The notes beneath the pieces are model-generated. The model was not told the origin of the DNA. It did no database searches and saw only the letters and a program-made list of their open reading frames with translations. 63,206 nt of DNA. Origin: an uncultured Succinivibrionaceae bacterium (GTDB lineage Bacteria > Pseudomonadota > Gammaproteobacteria > Enterobacterales > Succinivibrionaceae). The translations under genes were made by a program, and so were the position numbers. Of the stretch, positions 58,276-63,206 are shown in pieces. Within the stretch, counting starts at the first letter, position 1; each line of letters starts with the position of its first letter. The DNA is taken from the NCBI GenBank assembly GCA_944390085.1, contig CALXOT010000129.1, positions 1 through 63,206 of the forward strand. The letters are read 5' to 3'.

Positions 58276-58707
58276 ATGCAGGTGCAGGCAAGATCTCGGC
58301 GCAGATCGCGTCAGGTAGCTGAAATCAATGTAGTTCCCTATATCGATGTGATGCTGGTGCTGCTGGTGATCTTTATTGCCACTGCACCGGTAGTGATGCA
58401 GGGGGTAACTGTTGATCTGCCCAAGGCTGAGGCAGAGGCTATGAATGAGGATCAGTTAACGCCCATCATCGCTACGGTGGACCGGGCTGGCCAGTATTAT
58501 GTCAGTCTGGACACGCAGTCCGTCAAGGCTGATGGCCTTGAGGCCCTGAGCCAGATAGTGGTGCGTGAACTATCCAAGGATCCCAAGCGTCCGGTGGTGG
58601 TACAGGGAGATGCACAGGTGCCCTATGATGCCGTGATCCAGCTGATGAATGCCTTAAAACAGGCCGGGGTGAGCTCGGTGGGGCTGGTTACAGAACCTTT
58701 ATCTTAA
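58276..58707 (+). CDS. tolR: Tol-Pal system protein TolR
   Basis: ExbD/TolR family: EINVVPYIDVMLVLLVIF and a conserved Asp-containing TM. 143 aa. Confidence 0.9.
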   Translation: MQVQARSRRRSRQVAEINVVPYIDVMLVLLVIFIATAPVVMQGVTVDLPKAEAEAMNEDQLTPIIATVDRAGQYYVSLDTQSVKADGLEALSQIVVRELSKDPKRPVVVQGDAQVPYDAVIQLMNALKQAGVSSVGLVTEPLS

Positions 58708-58960
58708 CTGATTAATAATCGGCAGGATCTCTCCCTGCGTGTGCTTTGGGATGCGCAGGAAATCATGATGGTAAGCCGACTGGCACTGGCAATACCGTCA
58801 AAATCAGGTGGTCAAAATTCCTGTTTTGGTAGAAAGCCGGAACGATATTTAACAAATTGAGTCAGAAGGGTGGGCGACTTATAAGTCACCCTCAACAGAA
58901 TAAAGGAGGTCGGCAGGGGCTTTTCTGCCTTGGTTGTGCAGGACTTGCTGCCGTAAATTG

Positions 58961-59863
58961 ATGAAGATCAATACCGCATTTGCTTTTTGTGCGGCCCTGG
59001 GTCTGCACCTTGCCGTGCTGGCAGTGCTGATTGTCAATGTATCCTTGGATAAGCCTGAGCGTCCGAGCGATGAGGCCGGACAAATCATGCATGCCGTAAT
59101 GATTTCAACTCCCCCTGCTCGCGGCAGTGAGCAGGGCAAGGCACAAAATGCAGTGGAAAAAACACCTGCAGTAAAGCCCGTGCCGCAAGATACCGCAGCC
59201 GAGCGGAAAAAAGCCGAGGCAGAACTGGCGGCCAAGGTGGCACAGCAGCAGGCTCAGGAAGCTAAGCGTCAGCAGGCTCTGGCTCTGAAGAAAAAACAGG
59301 AGGCTGAGCGTAAGGCCAGACAGGAGGCAGAACGCAAGGCCAAAGCTGAGGCTGAAGCTAAAGCTAAGGCAGAAGCAGCAGCCAAGGCAAAGGCTGAGGC
59401 AGAGGCTAAAGCTAAAGCCGAGGCAGAAGCTAAGGCCAAACGGGAGGCAGAAGCTAAGGCCAAGCGTGAAGCTGAGGCAAAAGCCAAGGCTGAAGCAGAG
59501 GCCAAGGCTAAGGCTGCAGCAGAAGCTGCCCGCCTGGAAGAGGAACTTTTAGGTACTGCCTCTGGCAGCAGCTCCGGCAGTGGGCTGGGCGGGGGCGCAG
59601 GGGTGTCTTCAGAGTATGGGGCCAAAGTGCAGCAATTAATTGAACAAAATTGGCGCGTTGATCCCTCCATGAACGGTAAGCAGGTGGTAGTGACGGTATC
59701 AGTGGATGCGCAGGGCATGATTTCAGGTGAAAAATGTACTGGGGATCAGGCGGTGTGTGATTCTGCCCTGGCTACGCTGCAGCTTATCGGCATGTTGCCG
59801 CGCCCTCCTGCTAAATGCCCAGACTGCAATACAATCGTAATAACTATGACACCTAAGATTTAG
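58961..59863 (+). CDS. tolA: Tol-Pal system protein TolA
   Basis: N-terminal TM, a long (K/E)A-rich helical domain II, and a C-terminal TolA domain III (…YGAKVQQLIEQNWRVD…). The start is uncertain: ATG at 58961, or an in-frame TTG at 58934. Confidence 0.8.
   Translation: MKINTAFAFCAALGLHLAVLAVLIVNVSLDKPERPSDEAGQIMHAVMISTPPARGSEQGKAQNAVEKTPAVKPVPQDTAAERKKAEAELAAKVAQQQAQEAKRQQALALKKKQEAERKARQEAERKAKAEAEAKAKAEAAAKAKAEAEAKAKAEAEAKAKREAEAKAKREAEAKAKAEAEAKAKAAAEAARLEEELLGTASGSSSGSGLGGGAGVSSEYGAKVQQLIEQNWRVDPSMNGKQVVVTVSVDAQGMISGEKCTGDQAVCDSALATLQLIGMLPRPPAKCPDCNTIVITMTPKI
59330..59520 (+). repeat. In-frame tandem repeats encoding the TolA (KAEAEAKA)n helix
   Basis: The unit gaggcagaagctaaggccaa occurs at 59420-59439 and 59444-59463 (24-nt period), within a longer 12/24-nt periodic GCN-GAR-AAR tract. 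Confidence 0.8.
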
Positions 59864-59906
59864 GATATTATAATCAACGTAAATCTTTAGTCTTTTGAGG
59901 ATAAGT

Positions 59907-61199
59907 ATGCGCTTTTTAAAACAGTTGTGTCTGGCCGGAGCGCTGCTGTGTGCTTCTTTTACGGCAACAGCCGCACTGCAGATCCAGATCACCGGTGGCA
60001 TCAATGAGGGACGCAAAATTGCAGTTCTGCCTTTTGAACAGCCTGCAGACATAGGTACTGATGTATCAGCCGTGGTGAGTGCAGATCTGATGCGTTCTGG
60101 CAAATTCTCTCCTTTAGCTCAAAGTCAGATCCCAGCTCAAGCATTGTCTGAGGGCAGGGTAAATCTGGCAGCTTTTGCCCAAAGCCCGGCTGAGGCTGTA
60201 GTTTTCGGACGGGTATATCCTGATGGCAATACCTATCAGGTGGAGTTTCAGTTAGTGGCCTTAAAGGGAGCACAGCCCGGACAGGTATTGGCGCATTACC
60301 GCGGGGCCTCCGGGGTTGCCACCATGCGGCAGGCTGCCCACCGGGTCTCGGATCGGGTCTATCAGCACCTGACCGGTCAGCCCGGAGCTTTCCGCACCCG
60401 CATCGCCTATATTGTGTATAAGCACGGCGAGCCTTTTCCCTATCAGCTGATGACTGCGGATTATGATGGCTATAATGAAGTGCCGATTTTAAAATCCACC
60501 GAGCCTATCATGACCCCTTCCTGGGCGCCGGACGGCAGCCGCCTGGTATATGTAAGTTTTGAGCGGCGCGTTCCCACTATTTTTATTCAGGATATTAATA
60601 CCAAAAAACGCATTCCCATTGCCTCATATCCCGGCCTGAACAGCTCCCCTGCCTGGTCGCCTGATGGCAGCAAGATTGCCATGACTCTCTCTTATGAAGG
60701 CGGACAGCCGGATATTTATTACTACGATTTGAATTTAAGGCAGCTGGTGCGGGTGACCGCTAATCCTGCAATTGATACTGAGCCAACCTGGTCTGCTGAC
60801 AGTAAGGCCCTGTACTTTACTTCAGAGCGCGGCGGGGCTGCCCAGATTTATAAATTTGATTTCAATACCCGCAAGTCTGAGCGCATGACCTATCAGGGAC
60901 GGATGAATTTGTCAGCACGGGCTATTCCGGGATCCAATGCCCTGATTGTGATCACCAATCAAAATGGTTACCGTGTGGCTCGCATGGATGTGGATGGCAG
61001 TATCTATATGCTTACTACCTCTTCACTTGACGAAAGTCCCAGTGTGGCCCCCAATGGTTCCATGGTCATTTATTCTACGGTCTATCAGGGGCGCAAGGGT
61101 CTTGCCATTGTGTCAGCTGATGGGCGCTTTAAAGCCAATTTACCTTCAACTTCAGGCGAGGTCAGTGCACCGGCCTGGGGACCCTTACTTGAGAAATAA
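59907..61199 (+). CDS. tolB: Tol-Pal system beta-propeller protein TolB
   Basis: Signal peptide, then repeated P.WSPDG motifs. The ATG at 59907 follows GAGG and gives 430 aa. Confidence 0.95.
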   Translation: MRFLKQLCLAGALLCASFTATAALQIQITGGINEGRKIAVLPFEQPADIGTDVSAVVSADLMRSGKFSPLAQSQIPAQALSEGRVNLAAFAQSPAEAVVFGRVYPDGNTYQVEFQLVALKGAQPGQVLAHYRGASGVATMRQAAHRVSDRVYQHLTGQPGAFRTRIAYIVYKHGEPFPYQLMTADYDGYNEVPILKSTEPIMTPSWAPDGSRLVYVSFERRVPTIFIQDINTKKRIPIASYPGLNSSPAWSPDGSKIAMTLSYEGGQPDIYYYDLNLRQLVRVTANPAIDTEPTWSADSKALYFTSERGGAAQIYKFDFNTRKSERMTYQGRMNLSARAIPGSNALIVITNQNGYRVARMDVDGSIYMLTTSSLDESPSVAPNGSMVIYSTVYQGRKGLAIVSADGRFKANLPSTSGEVSAPAWGPLLEK

Positions 61200-61219
61200 A
61201 GGAAACAAAGGAATTGAAA

Positions 61220-61783
61220 ATGTTTAAGCAGACTTTACTTTTCATAGCATGCGCTGTTGCAGCGCTGAACCTTTCTGCCTGCTCATCTAGCAGTGAAGAT
61301 GCATCAGCAGCCCAGGGCGGTAATGCCGCTTATGTGCAGGATGGCAGCCAGGGCCTGGGTTCTGAGGTGCAGGTCGGCATGGATGCCGATGGCGCCGTGA
61401 CGGTGGGGGATCCCAATGCTGATTACAGCTCCCAGTTTTCAGGCCCGGCAGCACTGCGCGAGAACAATACCATTTACTTCAATTACGACAGTGATCAGAT
61501 CCAGGATCAGTATATTGGGGTGATGCAGGCTCATGCACAGTATTTGCGTGATAATCCGGACTCCCGGGTCATCATTGAAGGACATACCGATGAGCGTGGG
61601 ACCCCTGAGTACAATATTGCTTTAGGTGAGAGACGTGCCCGCTCGGTGGCCCGCTATATGCAGAATCTGGGAGTGGACGTAAACCAGCTGTCCATTGTCA
61701 GCTATGGCGAGGAAAAGCCTATTGATCCGGGGCACTCTGAGTCTTCCTGGTCAAAGAACCGTCGTGCCGTGATTAATTATTAA
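61220..61783 (+). CDS. pal: Peptidoglycan-associated lipoprotein Pal
   Basis: Lipobox LNLSAC and an OmpA-like C-terminal domain (…EGHTDERGTPEYNIALGERRA…NRRAV). Confidence 0.9.
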   Translation: MFKQTLLFIACAVAALNLSACSSSSEDASAAQGGNAAYVQDGSQGLGSEVQVGMDADGAVTVGDPNADYSSQFSGPAALRENNTIYFNYDSDQIQDQYIGVMQAHAQYLRDNPDSRVIIEGHTDERGTPEYNIALGERRARSVARYMQNLGVDVNQLSIVSYGEEKPIDPGHSESSWSKNRRAVINY

Positions 61784-61788
61784 AAGCC

Positions 61789-62574
61789 ATGACTCATTTC
61801 AATTTTGTGATGACGGTGGGGGCGCTGACGCTGTCAGCGCTGCTGCCCCTGCAGGCAGGAGCTGCAAGTATTGAAGATTTGCAGCTGCAGCTTAATGCAC
61901 AGCAGCGTACGATGCTGGAGCAACAAAACCAGCTGTCCCAGCTTAAAGCTGAGCTGTCGGTGATGCGAGGCGAGATAGAGACACTGCGTTATGAACTCAG
62001 TAAGGCCGCCTCAGGATCCCAGGGAGTGGCAGCGGGCACAGCAGCCCCTGCAACAGCTGTAACTGCTCCTGCTAATACAGCTGTAGCCTCTGGCACTGCA
62101 GCTGCAGCAGGCACAGGCACGGCTGCGACATCTTCATCTGCCCCAACTTCCGCTGCAGCAGCTGCCGTTGCGCCTGAGGGTAATCTGACTTTGAAGCAGC
62201 CTGACGCTACAGCCAGGAGCGCTTATGAAGCTGCTTATGCTAAGGTGTCAGCCAATGATTTTGCAGGGGCTGTGACTGCCTTTAACAATTATGTGGCCGC
62301 TTATCCTGATAATACCCTGACTCCCAATGCCTGGTACTGGCTGGGACAGGTGCAGTACCGGCAAAATAATTATGAAGCAGCGCGGGTGAGCTTTCTGAAT
62401 GTGGCACGCTTTACTTCCTCAGCCAAGCGTCCTGATGCACTGTATAAGTTAGGGCTTATCAGTAAGGCCAAGGGTGACAAAGAAAAAGCGCAGCGCTATT
62501 TTAATCTGGTAATTAACACTTATCCTGCTGATACTTCGGCAAATATGGCCCGAAAGGAGCTCTCTTCCCTTTAG
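61789..62574 (+). CDS. cpoB: Cell division coordinator CpoB (YbgF)
   Basis: Signal peptide, an N-terminal coiled coil, an Ala-rich linker and a C-terminal TPR domain. It is the last gene of the tol-pal cluster. Confidence 0.85.
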   Translation: MTHFNFVMTVGALTLSALLPLQAGAASIEDLQLQLNAQQRTMLEQQNQLSQLKAELSVMRGEIETLRYELSKAASGSQGVAAGTAAPATAVTAPANTAVASGTAAAAGTGTAATSSSAPTSAAAAAVAPEGNLTLKQPDATARSAYEAAYAKVSANDFAGAVTAFNNYVAAYPDNTLTPNAWYWLGQVQYRQNNYEAARVSFLNVARFTSSAKRPDALYKLGLISKAKGDKEKAQRYFNLVINTYPADTSANMARKELSSL

Positions 62575-62621
62575 GTTGATCAGGAGCGCTTAAAATATTT
62601 TGATCTTTTTTGTAAAAAAAG

Positions 62622-62650
62622 CTTGCACCAGGTCAAAATTTCTGTAAAAT
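62622..62650 (+). promoter_or_regulatory. sigma70 promoter of the tRNA Lys-Lys-Val operon
   Basis: CTTGCA (62622-62627), N17, TAAAAT (62645-62650). It is followed by a GC-rich discriminator (AGCGCTCC) and preceded by an A/T-rich UP-like tract. Confidence 0.6.
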
Positions 62651-62687
62651 AGCGCTCCGTCAGGCAACATTGCTGACACCGCTGAAC

Positions 62688-62760
62688 GGGTTGTTAGCTC
62701 AGTCGGTAGAGCAGCGGACTTTTAATCCGTTGGTCAAGGGTTCGATTCCCTTACAACCCA
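62688..62760 (+). tRNA. tRNA-Lys (anticodon UUU), CCA not encoded
   Basis: Acceptor GGGTTGT/ACAACCC, anticodon loop CTTTTAA, T-arm AAGGG-TTCGATT-CCCTT, discriminator A followed by GCG. Confidence 0.9.
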
Positions 62761-62795
62761 GCGGAACTGCCAAAGCAATGTTGTGAAGTTAACGT

Positions 62796-62871
62796 GGGTC
62801 GTTAGCTCAGCTGGTAGAGCAGCGGACTCTTAATCCGTTGGTCGCGGGTTCGATCCCCTCACGACCCACCA
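62796..62871 (+). tRNA. tRNA-Lys (anticodon CUU)
   Basis: Acceptor GGGTCGT/ACGACCC, anticodon loop CTCTTAA. The T-arm GCGGG-TTCGATC-CCCTC has one C-U mismatch. CCA is encoded. Confidence 0.85.
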
Positions 62872-62875
62872 CTTT

Positions 62876-62952
62876 GGACGCTTAGCTCAGTTGGTTAGAG
62901 CACCTGCCTTACAAGCAGGGGGTCACAAGTTCGAGTCTTGTAGCGTCCACCA
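62876..62952 (+). tRNA. tRNA-Val (anticodon UAC)
   Basis: Acceptor GGACGCT/AGCGTCC, anticodon arm CCTGC-CTTACAA-GCAGG, T-arm ACAAG-TTCGAGT-CTTGT. CCA is encoded. Confidence 0.9.
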
Positions 62953-63014
62953 TTCCATATGCCGGACAAATCCCTTGTAGCCGAAAATTTCCAAACTAGG
63001 TACAACGCTAAAAG

Positions 63015-63206
63015 TCATTTTTTCAGGCCTTCGCCATGCGGCTTTGGCGCTACTGTTACTTGATTTGCCGTAGCTAGCTCTTCCTCATAATGCGATACCG
63101 GCGGTTTTACTCCAAATAATGCCAGACAGTCCCGCTGTTTCTTTGAGATCGGACTTACCACGTATTCCTTTGTTTCGCTGAAATAGGTTTCCCTTATCCC
63201 GCGCAA
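63015..63206 (-). CDS. 3' end of an unidentified CDS truncated by the window edge
   Basis: The open frame runs to the window end, so only the C-terminal ~63 aa are visible (…ISKKQRDCLALFGVKPPVSHYEEELATANQ…). I recognise no family. Confidence 0.3.
   Translation of the reverse strand: MRGIRETYFSETKEYVVSPISKKQRDCLALFGVKPPVSHYEEELATANQVTVAPKPHGEGLKK

Noticed and set aside
59330-59520. The TolA KAEA-coding tandem repeats as a possible contingency or phase-variable locus.
   Set aside because: The repeat units are multiples of 3 nt and encode the normal helical domain II of TolA. Length variation would stay in frame, so this is an ordinary TolA feature.
1-63206. The striking abundance of CTGCAG and CTTAAG hexamers throughout the window. 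Considered as a dispersed repeat or a restriction-related signal.
   Set aside because: The occurrences fall inside CDSs as common codon pairs (CTG-CAG, GCT-GCA-G, and TTA followed by AG/AA codons). They share no flanking sequence. I cannot quantify enrichment without a count, so I treat this as a codon-usage effect.

Overview
Summary: this window looks like core chromosome from a polar-flagellate-type gammaproteobacterium. I see no CRISPR array, no transposase, integrase or IS element, and no recognisable defence island. All calls rest on reading the ORF translations and the DNA by eye; no searches were run.

Gene content, left to right:
- A pentonate-type aldolase/dehydratase pair (YagE/YagF-like), then tyrS and rpiA.
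- A repetitive autotransporter, transcribed divergently from a complete fliE-fliR flagellar block (fliEFGHIJ, fliK, fliLMNOPQR). The block ends at fliR with no flhB.
- ppnN, then the conserved string rlmN-rodZ-ispG-hisS-yfgM-bamB-der.
- A frameshifted GGDEF gene, metK and a beta-hydroxyacid dehydrogenase.
- A central-carbon cluster: tal, tkt, pgk, fba.
- An orphan fliD, a large zinc-metalloprotease autotransporter, lysC and azlCD.
- tRNA-Thr, then ruvCAB-ybgC-tolQRAB-pal-cpoB, followed by a tRNA Lys-Lys-Val cluster.

Most unusual observations:
1. Three sigma54-type promoters lie inside the flagellar block. The fliK and fliL promoters share a CT-rich motif at the same upstream distance.
2. A sigma28 promoter sits in front of fliD.
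3. Many otherwise conserved proteins carry long Ala/Glu/Gln-rich low-complexity extensions (FliH, FliO, RodZ, BamB, Der, TolQ, RuvA/B).
4. One autotransporter passenger carries HEFGHALG plus a distant SMMSH Met-turn-like motif.
5. A 1-nt frameshift in a G4 run disrupts the diguanylate cyclase gene.
6. Operator-like palindromes lie upstream of the pentonate pair and of tal.
7. The roughly 180-nt leader upstream of lysC is closed by a helix and may be a divergent lysine riboswitch.
8. Both tRNA-Lys genes show oddities (details in the findings).

I cannot point to a convincing novel multi-gene system in this window.
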